DNA from: Candidatus Nomurabacteria bacterium | GTDB taxonomy: Bacteria > Patescibacteriota > Minisyncoccia > Phycocordibacterales > CAIJYI01 | Assembly (NCBI GenBank): GCA_943356445.1 | Contig: CALREZ010000002.1 | Span: forward strand, 54,473-110,102 | Direction: 5' to 3' | Length of the DNA: 55,630 nt | Shown here: one piece after another, positions 26,616 through 34,003 of the stretch | Position numbering within the stretch: position 1 is the stretch's first letter | Layout of the letters: the number at the start of each line of letters is the position of its first letter | Translations under genes and position numbers: made by a program | The notes under the pieces: model-generated | What the model was told of the DNA's origin: nothing | The model's input: the letters and a program-made list of their open reading frames with translations, nothing else | Database searches by the model: none

Positions 26616-27149
26616 ATGTCAAGAATCGGAAAAAATCCCATAGCTATTCCCGCGAAAACGGAAGTTTCTCTCAAAGATGGCGCGATAACCGTAAAAGGAC
26701 CGCTCGGCCAGCTTTCACGAAGCTTCGCAAAAGGCGTGAAAATCGTTGTGGATACAAATGAAGTTAGAGTCGAGTTGGTAGATGACACCATTTTTGCGCA
26801 TGCTCTTTGGGGCACCGTCGCTTCTCATATTAAAAATATGATTCAGGGTGTTAATACTCCTTTTGTCAAAAAACTTATCGTTGAAGGAGTCGGATTCAAA
26901 TCAGCCGTTGTCGGAAAAGAGCTCGTCATGAGCCTTGGCTTTTCGCACCCGGTGCATATTGCCATTCCCGCCGCTTTAACGGTAACCGCAGAAAAGAACA
27001 ATATCACCATTTCGGGTATCAACAAAGAAGACGTCGGTTCTTTTGCCGCTCTCGTCAGAGCGAAGAAGAAACCTGAACCGTACAAAGGAAAAGGTATCCG
27101 TTATGAAACCGAGGTCGTAAAGAGAAAAGAAGGAAAGAAAACCGCATAA
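26616..27149 (+). CDS. rplF: 50S ribosomal protein L6
   Basis: [13 protein letters not shown]-terminus and [11 protein letters not shown]. The longer ORF-track frame (from 26259) overlaps rpsH and is not used. Confidence 0.93.
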   Translation: MSRIGKNPIAIPAKTEVSLKDGAITVKGPLGQLSRSFAKGVKIVVDTNEVRVELVDDTIFAHALWGTVASHIKNMIQGVNTPFVKKLIVEGVGFKSAVVGKELVMSLGFSHPVHIAIPAALTVTAEKNNITISGINKEDVGSFAALVRAKKKPEPYKGKGIRYETEVVKRKEGKKTA

Positions 27150-27153
27150 AAAC

Positions 27154-27504
27154 ATGAAGGCAATAAAATCACAAAAAAGAGATAGGAGACACGCCCGCGT
27201 TCGCGCGAAAGTGTTGGGGACGGTAGAACGTCCGCGACTCTCTATTTTTCGTTCCAATAAATTCATTTACGCTCAAATCATTGATGATGAAGCCGGCAAA
27301 ACTCTTGTCGCGGCTTCCGACATGGAATTGAAAGGAAAGAAAAAAGGAAAAATTGAAAGTTCAAAAACCATAGGAACAGAACTCGCCAAAAAAGCAAAGG
27401 AGAAAAATATCACCAAGGTCGTTTTTGATCGCGGGGGATACTTGTATGCCGGAAGAGTCAAAGCGGTCGCGGAAGGCGCCAGAGAAGGCGGTTTGGATTT
27501 CTAA
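27154..27504 (+). CDS. rplR: 50S ribosomal protein L18
   Basis: [41 protein letters not shown] and AREGGLDF. Confidence 0.93.
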   Translation: MKAIKSQKRDRRHARVRAKVLGTVERPRLSIFRSNKFIYAQIIDDEAGKTLVAASDMELKGKKKGKIESSKTIGTELAKKAKEKNITKVVFDRGGYLYAGRVKAVAEGAREGGLDF

Positions 27505-27516
27505 TTTATATACATC

Positions 27517-28176
27517 ATGGAACTAAAATCACCAGTAAATAATCAAAGAGGGAAGCGTCCGGGACCTTGGACAAAGGGTCCGGGTCAGAGAGACGGAAAA
27601 TCCCAAGGCGGAACCGGCGGTGCCGGAGCTCCTAACCGCGGCGGATCTCGCGGAACCGGAGGGAAAAGACCTCAAGGAAAATTCGCCTCAGAATTCTCTC
27701 AAAAAATCATTGATATCAGACGCGTGGCTCGTGTGGTCGCGGGAGGACGCCGTTTCAGCTTCAGTGTTGTTGTTGTCGCGGGAGACAAAAAAGGAAAAGT
27801 CGGCGTTGGAATCGGCAAAGCCGCTGATACCGCGCTTGCTATTGAAAAAGCGGTTACTTCCGCAAAAAAGAATATGATTATGGTTCGCCGAACCAAAGAA
27901 GGATCTGTTCCTCATGAGACTTCCGCCAAATACTCCAGCGCTCGCGTGGTTATCATGCCGGCTCCGGGACGCGGTCTCGTTGCGGGAAGCTCCGTTCGTT
28001 CCGTTCTTGATCTTGCCGGCGTTACCAACGTTACCGCTAAACTCCGTTCAGGAACCAAGAATAAACTCAATAACGCGAAAGCGGCAATTCTCGCTCTCTC
28101 CTTGCTTTCTATGCCTCGTGGCGAGAAGCTTCCGGAAGTGAAGGTTGAAGAAGTTGCTCCGGTTGTTGAAGAATAA
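27517..28176 (+). CDS. rpsE: 30S ribosomal protein S5 with a Gly/Arg-rich N-terminal extension
   Basis: The core starts at IIDIRRVARVVAGGRRFSF..GDKKGKVGVGIGKA. About 60 aa of G/R/P-rich sequence precede it. Confidence 0.93.
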   Translation: MELKSPVNNQRGKRPGPWTKGPGQRDGKSQGGTGGAGAPNRGGSRGTGGKRPQGKFASEFSQKIIDIRRVARVVAGGRRFSFSVVVVAGDKKGKVGVGIGKAADTALAIEKAVTSAKKNMIMVRRTKEGSVPHETSAKYSSARVVIMPAPGRGLVAGSSVRSVLDLAGVTNVTAKLRSGTKNKLNNAKAAILALSLLSMPRGEKLPEVKVEEVAPVVEE

Positions 28177-28198
28177 AAAGTCCAGATAAAAAACTATC

Positions 28199-28663
28199 AT
28201 GCAAATCCATAACATTAAAAGGGTGCACCCCAATAAAGAATCCCGACGCGTCGGACGCGGAGGAGTCCACGGAAAAACTTCCGGACGAGGCACCAAAGGT
28301 CAGAATTCTCGCTCCGGACATCGCAAACGCCCGGAAATGCGCGACATCATCAAAAAACTTCCAAAGAAACGCGGATATGGAAAGAACCGCGCGCGTTCTG
28401 TTGTTCCGCTTGACCTCCGACCGGTTGTCGTAAACGTTACGCTTCTTGAAAAGAACTTTGAGAATGGCGCTTCCGTAACCCTCGCCTCTTTGGTGGAGAA
28501 AAAAGTCATTAAAGCCCAGAAGGGAAAAATGCCGACCGTTAAAATTCTCGGTAACGGGGAATTGACGAAAAAGCTTATCCTCTCCGGATTCAGAACTTCT
28601 GCCGTATCTGCTTCCGCAAAAGCAAAAATTGAAAAAGCGGGAGGAAGTGTTTCGGAAAAATAA
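28199..28663 (+). CDS. rplO: 50S ribosomal protein L15
   Basis: RRVGRGGVHGKTSGRGTKGQNSRSG and KILGNGEL. It starts 22 nt after rpsE, so there is no room for rpmD. Confidence 0.9.
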   Translation: MQIHNIKRVHPNKESRRVGRGGVHGKTSGRGTKGQNSRSGHRKRPEMRDIIKKLPKKRGYGKNRARSVVPLDLRPVVVNVTLLEKNFENGASVTLASLVEKKVIKAQKGKMPTVKILGNGELTKKLILSGFRTSAVSASAKAKIEKAGGSVSEK

Positions 28664-28726
28664 ATGTTTCTTCAAATTCTCGCTTTATGCGGGAATTTTG
28701 AGAGAAAGAGAAGGTCTGGATTTTTG

Positions 28727-28820
28727 AAAATTTTTAATATCTAATTCCTAATTTCTAATAAAAATCCAAATGCTTAAATTTGGAATTAGAAATTAGATAT
28801 TAGAAATTAGAAATTATTTT
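28727..28820. repeat. AT-rich imperfect palindromic element between rplO and secY
   Basis: Arms: ctaatttctaat / attagaaattag (12 bp), aatatctaatt / aattagatatt (11 bp) and tccaaat / atttgga (7 bp). Confidence 0.65.
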
Positions 28821-28893
28821 AGCTGATTGAATCAAGTAGAAAAATAATCCGTACTATTGCGAGTAACAAATATCTTCACCATTTAATTCTTTT

Positions 28894-30192
28894 ATGATCA
28901 ACACCTTTTTAGAGAAAATAGAACTCGTTTTTAAGGACAGAATTCTGCGAAATCGCATTTTATTTGTCGGTTTTGGATTCTTTCTCTTTCGTCTTCTTTC
29001 CGCCATTCCCGTTCCCGGAGTCAACGCGGACAGACTTCGTACGCTTCTCACTGATTTTCAGTTCTTGGGATTCTTAAATGTATTCTCCGGAGGCGGTTTG
29101 AACCAGCTTTCCATCGTCATGCTCGGACTCGGACCCTACATTACCGGGTCTATCATTATGCAGCTTTCAACGGTTATGTCTCCGAAACTGAAAGCGATGT
29201 ATCACGAAGAAGGGGAAATCGGACGAAAGAAATTTACTCAATACGGACGCCTTCTTACGGTCCCCCTCGCGGCTCTTCAGGGGTATGCTCTTTTGACGCT
29301 TCTTGAAAAGCAGCAGATTCTTGCGCCTCTTTCTTTCTTCCAAATGACGACCAACATAATGGTTATTATTGCCGGAGCGATGCTTTTGACCTGGATCGGC
29401 GAACTTATGACTGAATTCGGAGTGGGTAATGGAACCTCTTTGCTTATCTTCGCCGGTATCGTTGTTGCCCTTCCTGCGCAATTCGGACAATTTATGGCAG
29501 CTTACGGCACTTCATCTTTTCCATTTATTGATGCATCGGTTATCCCGACGGCAATCGCCTTTATCGCAGCCGCTATCGCTGTTATTACCGGGGTTGTCTA
29601 TGCGACAGAAGCGGAACGACCCATTCCTATTACTTATGCGAAACAAGTAAGAGGAAATAGACAATACGGTGGAATTTCCACCTATCTTCCTATTCGCATC
29701 AATCAGGCAGGGGTCATTCCGATCATCTTCGCTTTGTCTATGCTGGTATTTCCTCAGGTTATTGCGAGTGTTCTCATTCTCTCTAAACAACCGGTTCTTT
29801 TGAAAATTTCAAAAGCGCTTCTTGATTTTGTTCAGAACCAATGGCTCTATTCTATAACCTATTTTATTCTCGTATTCGTCTTTACGTTCTTATACACGGA
29901 TATTACGTTTGAACCTGAATCGGTCGCGACCAATCTTCAGAAAAACGGCGCCTTCATTCCGGGAGTTCGTCCGGGACAGACCACCGCGGAATACATTGAA
30001 AAGATCGTTTCTCGCGTTACCTTGGTCGGCGCCACCTTCTTGGCTGTCATTGCCGTTTTACCGCTCATTATGCGAAGCCTAACCGGTATCCAGTCTCTCG
30101 CCATCGGCGGTACCGCTCTCCTCATCGTCGTTTCCGTCGTCCTTGACTTAATCAAGAAAGTGGATTCGCAGATAAGCATGAGAGAATACTAA
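28894..30192 (+). CDS. secY: Preprotein translocase subunit SecY
   Basis: 432 aa, 10 TM segments. Strings IPVPGVN, GLGPYITGSIIMQL, GNGTSLLIF and QAGVIPIIFA. Confidence 0.95.
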   Translation: MINTFLEKIELVFKDRILRNRILFVGFGFFLFRLLSAIPVPGVNADRLRTLLTDFQFLGFLNVFSGGGLNQLSIVMLGLGPYITGSIIMQLSTVMSPKLKAMYHEEGEIGRKKFTQYGRLLTVPLAALQGYALLTLLEKQQILAPLSFFQMTTNIMVIIAGAMLLTWIGELMTEFGVGNGTSLLIFAGIVVALPAQFGQFMAAYGTSSFPFIDASVIPTAIAFIAAAIAVITGVVYATEAERPIPITYAKQVRGNRQYGGISTYLPIRINQAGVIPIIFALSMLVFPQVIASVLILSKQPVLLKISKALLDFVQNQWLYSITYFILVFVFTFLYTDITFEPESVATNLQKNGAFIPGVRPGQTTAEYIEKIVSRVTLVGATFLAVIAVLPLIMRSLTGIQSLAIGGTALLIVVSVVLDLIKKVDSQISMREY

Positions 30193-30199
30193 AAGAAAC

Positions 30200-30242
30200 A
30201 AAACAACCCGCACTGTGTAAAACAGAGCGGGTTGTTTTTTTT
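30200..30242 (+). terminator. Intrinsic terminator after secY
   Basis: aaaacaacccgc .. gcgggttgtttt gives a 12-bp stem with an internal ctgt/acag extension, followed by a T-run. Confidence 0.75.
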
Positions 30243-30250
30243 GGTGTTTT

Positions 30251-30295
30251 GCAAATTTAAAAATTTCTAATTTCCAATTTTTAATTTCTAAAAAT
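30251..30295. repeat. AT-rich motif block related to the 28727-28820 element
   Basis: It contains tttctaatttccaatttttaatttctaa. It shares the ttctaat / ttccaa words, but no partner arm is present. Confidence 0.3.
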
Positions 30296-30305
30296 ATGCT
30301 AATAT

Positions 30306-30863
30306 ATGGGTACCATGAATGAAGAAAAGAAGAATGTTGCGTATATTGACGGAGCAAATTTACACAATGGTATTAAAGTCCTTCCGTGGCGTTTTGATTA
30401 TGCTCGTTTTCGAATCTGGCTTCTCCATAAGTATAATGTTGAACATGCCTATTTATTTCTTGGAATGATGCCAAAATATAAAGAACTTTACAAACAGCGG
30501 CAGGAAGAGGGATATACCCTTGTTTTTAAGGAGGTTATTTATGACAACAACGGAAAACCAAAAGGAAATTGTGATGCTGATATCGTTGTCTCAGCGATGA
30601 AAGATGCCTATGAAGAGAAGTTCAATCAATCAATTCTTGTTTCAAGTGATGGCGACTATACGCCGCTGGTAAAATTTCTTTTGGAACGCGGGAAAATTAG
30701 AACCGTAGTGTCTCCGTACGGAACAAAGTTATGCTCCGTTCTCTTGAAAAGAACCGGGGTAAAAATTGCCCATATTGCGGATCAGCAGACCGTTTTGGAA
30801 ACTCAAAAAGAAAAAGCCCCCGATGAGCAGATGTCTCATAAGGGTCCTTTCCGTAAGGAATAA
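30306..30863 (+). CDS. NYN-domain (LabA-like, PIN-fold) putative ribonuclease
   Basis: VAYIDGANL, GNCDADIVV and LVSSDGDYTPLVKFLLERGK give the conserved Asp pattern of LabA/NYN proteins. The start may be at 30315. Confidence 0.8.
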   Translation: MGTMNEEKKNVAYIDGANLHNGIKVLPWRFDYARFRIWLLHKYNVEHAYLFLGMMPKYKELYKQRQEEGYTLVFKEVIYDNNGKPKGNCDADIVVSAMKDAYEEKFNQSILVSSDGDYTPLVKFLLERGKIRTVVSPYGTKLCSVLLKRTGVKIAHIADQQTVLETQKEKAPDEQMSHKGPFRKE

Positions 30864-30912
30864 ATATATTATAGACGATTAAACAACAAAGTCAAGAATT
30901 CACCACAATTTT

Positions 30913-32103
30913 ATGCAAGAAGAAAAATTTGTTATTGAACAGCCTCCGATAAAGCCGGGCGAGATTTTTGATCCGGAGAAAGAAATACGGGGAATTTTAA
31001 AAGTACCGAAAGAAGAACGACACCAGAAGCTTGCCGAATTTAAAGAGAAACTGGCTTTTCAACAAGTGGGTTTGGCTCGCGTTCAGGATATTCTTATTGA
31101 CGAAATTCGCAGCAAGCCGGAAGGGAAAATGGAAGAATTTTATGATCTTGCCGCTGAAATGGGCGGTGAATTCGGCATGAATGACAGACAAAGAAGAAAT
31201 ATGGGGGAAGCTCTCTCTAAATATGAAAGACAACATAAAGCCGTTCTAAAAATACGAAAAGAATTTTCCAAAGATAAGGAACTTTTTTCCCAGTTATTCG
31301 GTTCTCAACCAAAAGGTGAAATAGAGATTCTGACCGGCCCGGTGTCTCTCTATTTTAAGTGCCACGACTTTGAAGATTATATGGCGGTATGTTTTCATGA
31401 AAAAAGGAAGGGCTCCGGTAAGAAACGCGACTTTACCGAGGAAGAAAAGGCGGAAGCATGGGACTCTGGAGCAATAAATATATATTCTACGGCGTATCCG
31501 AACATCGGATGGGCGATAACGGCGGAAAATACCGCAAAAATAAAACTTCCCGGCGCTTTGGATAAAGACTCACATCAAAAATTTGCGCACGAGGAACAGC
31601 ATATAATCAAAAGTTTTTTTGATACGGAAGAAATGCTTGATCCCGATTCTCCCGGAATACAATTTTCCGTTCGGAAAAATTTTCTTGCCGCCGAAACGGA
31701 GGAAGAAAAAGAAAAGATATTGGGAGATTTTTTCCGCATGTTTCGTCATAACGCGGAAGACCTCGCGAAGGATGAAATACTTGCCTACTATAAAGATGGG
31801 CGTTTTGATCGGGTAGAAGGTTTGCTCTTGGCTTCGTGGGAAGAAGGGGGAATGTATGATTTTCTAGAGGAACCCAAGAAAGCCAATTATCTATGGTTAA
31901 AATCAAGCGACGAGGTTCGCGAATTGACCAAGAGGGTGAAAGAGCGAGTCTTGGTTGATGAATACCGTGAGATAATTACCAGCGGTATAAATGCCGTTCA
32001 AAAAATGGAACAGACTGGATATGAAAAAGAAGAGATTATCGCTTTGCTTACACATGAACCGCTGGCGAAATGGGGAAAGGCGGTAAAAAGAATTACCGGC
32101 TAA
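30913..32103 (+). CDS. Hypothetical protein with an HExxH motif (possible metallopeptidase-like)
   Basis: 396 aa, charged. A single HEEQH at FAHEEQHIIKSF. No other recognisable motif. It ends 12 nt before the next gene. Confidence 0.5.
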   Translation: MQEEKFVIEQPPIKPGEIFDPEKEIRGILKVPKEERHQKLAEFKEKLAFQQVGLARVQDILIDEIRSKPEGKMEEFYDLAAEMGGEFGMNDRQRRNMGEALSKYERQHKAVLKIRKEFSKDKELFSQLFGSQPKGEIEILTGPVSLYFKCHDFEDYMAVCFHEKRKGSGKKRDFTEEEKAEAWDSGAINIYSTAYPNIGWAITAENTAKIKLPGALDKDSHQKFAHEEQHIIKSFFDTEEMLDPDSPGIQFSVRKNFLAAETEEEKEKILGDFFRMFRHNAEDLAKDEILAYYKDGRFDRVEGLLLASWEEGGMYDFLEEPKKANYLWLKSSDEVRELTKRVKERVLVDEYREIITSGINAVQKMEQTGYEKEEIIALLTHEPLAKWGKAVKRITG

Positions 32104-32115
32104 AAAAATAAATGC

Positions 32116-32832
32116 ATGGCCAAAGAATCTTTTCCTTCAAAAACAAAAGAAAAATTTCACTTTAAAGAAATAGAACAGCTCCGGACACCGGTGGAGCGTG
32201 TTATGAAAAAACTGTACCCAAAAATAGCTGCGGGGGAATATGGATTGATATTGGGAGATGACGCATCGGGAAGAATTCCCTCATTGCTCCTCAACGATAT
32301 TATCCGCGGAATATATCAAGAATTCGGACACGAATATCCGCGCCTTTCTTTTGTTGCGGGAAGCAAAGAACTTGAAGGAGAAGCAAAGGATAAGAAAAAG
32401 GAAAAAATCTCTCGGTTCTTGGAAGAACTGCAAAAAAAACAGAAAAACGGCGAAAGAAAAATACTGATAGTAACCGACGTTATCGCGACCGGCGTTTCTC
32501 TTGATCCGCTTATTGAAGCGATAAAAGAAAAAGGAATTGATTTTGATGTTGTTTCCATGGGAGATGTCAGTTCGTATGATATTGATTCTCGGTGGGGAAA
32601 GCCTATTTATAGCGGCGAGACTGGAGTTCCCAAAATATACGGGATGGGGAGTCTGAGCGGCGTTGAGAAAAACGTAAACGAACTTTTTTCGCATCGGATA
32701 AAAGATAATGATGCTTACACGGATGACGAAAAAATAGATATGCAAATGAACGTAAACGAGGCAAGAGAAGATACAAGCCGTCTTGCCGGAGAGATTTTGG
32801 AAAAAATAAGGAAAGAAAAGAAAATAAAATAA
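32116..32832 (+). CDS. Phosphoribosyltransferase-like protein
   Basis: PRPP-loop-like KILIVTDVIATGVSL preceded by GLILGDDASGRIPSLLL. A Lys/Glu-rich insert and a C-terminal extension. No ComF-type zinc finger. Confidence 0.65.
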   Translation: MAKESFPSKTKEKFHFKEIEQLRTPVERVMKKLYPKIAAGEYGLILGDDASGRIPSLLLNDIIRGIYQEFGHEYPRLSFVAGSKELEGEAKDKKKEKISRFLEELQKKQKNGERKILIVTDVIATGVSLDPLIEAIKEKGIDFDVVSMGDVSSYDIDSRWGKPIYSGETGVPKIYGMGSLSGVEKNVNELFSHRIKDNDAYTDDEKIDMQMNVNEAREDTSRLAGEILEKIRKEKKIK

Positions 32833-32863
32833 AAAATATCCCGACAGATCGGGATATTTTTTA
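32831..32863 (+). terminator. Intrinsic terminator
   Basis: aaaaaatatcccga caga tcgggatatttttt. Confidence 0.8.
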
Positions 32864-32927
32864 TCCACATGGTTAATAATAAACATTTATAGTATAGTTA
32901 CAGTATTACCAAACAAATGTTCAATAT

Positions 32928-33584
32928 ATGGCACGGCAAAAAGAAAAAATACAGGCAATAAAATTACGATTGGAGGGGAAAAGTTATAGTGAGATTAAAG
33001 AAGCGTTAAAAATAAGCAAAGGGACGTTAAGCGCTTGGCTTCAAGAATATCCTCTTTCCTCTCATCGCATTAAAGAACTTCGCGATAATAATCCGAAAAG
33101 AATAGAGAATTTCCGCAATACGATGCTTAAAAAGAGAGAAGCAAGATTTGATAAATCTTACGAAAAAATTCTCAAAAAGATTACGCCTATTGCAAAAAGA
33201 GATTTATTCATTTCTGGTTTTTTCCTTTATTGGGCGGAGGGCACAAAAACAACAAAAGCAACAGTATCTCTTTCTAATACCGATCCCGCAATGTTGAAAT
33301 TTTTTATTCAGTGGCTTGCCTTATTAGGGGTAGAAAAACAGAGATTGAAAATTCATCTTCATTTGTATTCCGATATGAATATAAAAAAAACTGTGAATTT
33401 TTGGTCTGAACAGTTAAAAATTCCGACTTCTCAATTCAGAAAACCATACGTAAAAAATTCAAAAGAAGCAGATATTATTAGAAAAGGTCGTTTTGGATAT
33501 GGGACTTGTAATGTGATATACGAAAACGCCCCCTTATACAGGGAGGTTCTCATGGGGATTAAATATCTCCAAAATTGCTTTTAA
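32928..33584 (+). CDS. HTH-domain protein with a LAGLIDADG-like endonuclease-type C-terminal region (tentative)
   Basis: N-terminal EGKSYSEIKEALKISKGTLSAWL is a resolvase/terminase-type HTH. ISGFFLYWAEGTKT resembles a degenerate LAGLIDADG helix. FWSEQLKIPTSQF recalls free-standing homing-endonuclease-like proteins. Confidence 0.4.
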   Translation: MARQKEKIQAIKLRLEGKSYSEIKEALKISKGTLSAWLQEYPLSSHRIKELRDNNPKRIENFRNTMLKKREARFDKSYEKILKKITPIAKRDLFISGFFLYWAEGTKTTKATVSLSNTDPAMLKFFIQWLALLGVEKQRLKIHLHLYSDMNIKKTVNFWSEQLKIPTSQFRKPYVKNSKEADIIRKGRFGYGTCNVIYENAPLYREVLMGIKYLQNCF

Positions 33585-33587
33585 CAG

Positions 33588-33661
33588 TCCGCCCACATGG
33601 ACTCGAACCATGAACCTTTTGGATATAAGCCAAATGCTCTAACCAATTGAGCTATAGGCGG
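33588..33661 (-). tRNA. tRNA-Ile with anticodon UAU (reads AUA); no encoded CCA
   Basis: Hand-folded cloverleaf on the minus strand. Acceptor CCGCCUA/UGGGCGG (one G-U), D arm GCUC-AAUUGGUUA-GAGC, anticodon arm UUUGG-CUUAUAU-CCAAA, variable loop AGGUU, T arm CAUGG-UUCGAGU-CCAUG, discriminator A73. IleRS-type elements A73, C4:G69, U12:A23 and A37 are present. Confidence 0.75.
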
Positions 33662-33671
33662 GCACAAATTT

Positions 33672-33850
33672 TCAATCGCACTCACTCCGATTTTATATCT
33701 TCGCTACGATATTTTTTCCTTCGTTCGGAAATGAAAGTTGCGACTTTCATTTCGCTCTCTCAGTCAAAAAATATCTTCACTTCGTTGCGATATTTTTCTC
33801 ACTCACTCGGGAATGAAAATTGAGACTTTCATTCCACTCGTTCCCTCCAA
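33672..33850 (-). repeat. Two tandem ~82-nt hairpin-containing units upstream of the tRNA
   Basis: Hairpins gaaatgaaagt tgcg actttcatttc (33728-33753) and ggaatgaaa..tttcattcc (33810-33835). Each unit also carries an atatc..gatat hairpin and a cactcactc word. Confidence 0.6.
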
Positions 33851-33852
33851 AA

Positions 33853-33917
33853 ATAAGCCAAATGCTCTCCTTTTGTACGACTATGGTCGGGCGGGTAACT
33901 AATTGAGCTATGCCCCC
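33853..33917 (-). pseudogene. tRNA-derived fragment (5' half of a tRNA interrupted by a 27-nt insertion)
   Basis: The 16-mer ataagccaaatgctct is identical to 33625-33640 of the intact tRNA. aac(t)aattgagctat matches 33641-33655. There is a different acceptor end (tgccccc). No complementary anticodon-stem strand or T arm, so it cannot fold. Confidence 0.55.
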
Positions 33918-34003
33918 TCAACATGCTGAATTTTAACGTATTTTTGGCTTTTTCGCAACAAAAAGAAACCCGCCGGTCGTTGAGTGACGGGCGGGTTGAT
34001 TGC

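Noticed and set aside
32281-32886. 201-aa minus-strand ORF overlapping the PRTase-like gene
   Set aside because: The sequence is low-complexity and Phe/Ile/Asn-rich. The plus-strand ORF has a PRPP-loop motif, operon context and a terminator.
33672-33850. Possible mini CRISPR array near the tRNA
   Set aside because: There are only two units. The units are ~82 nt and similar along their whole length rather than short identical repeats separated by unique spacers. No cas genes are in the window.
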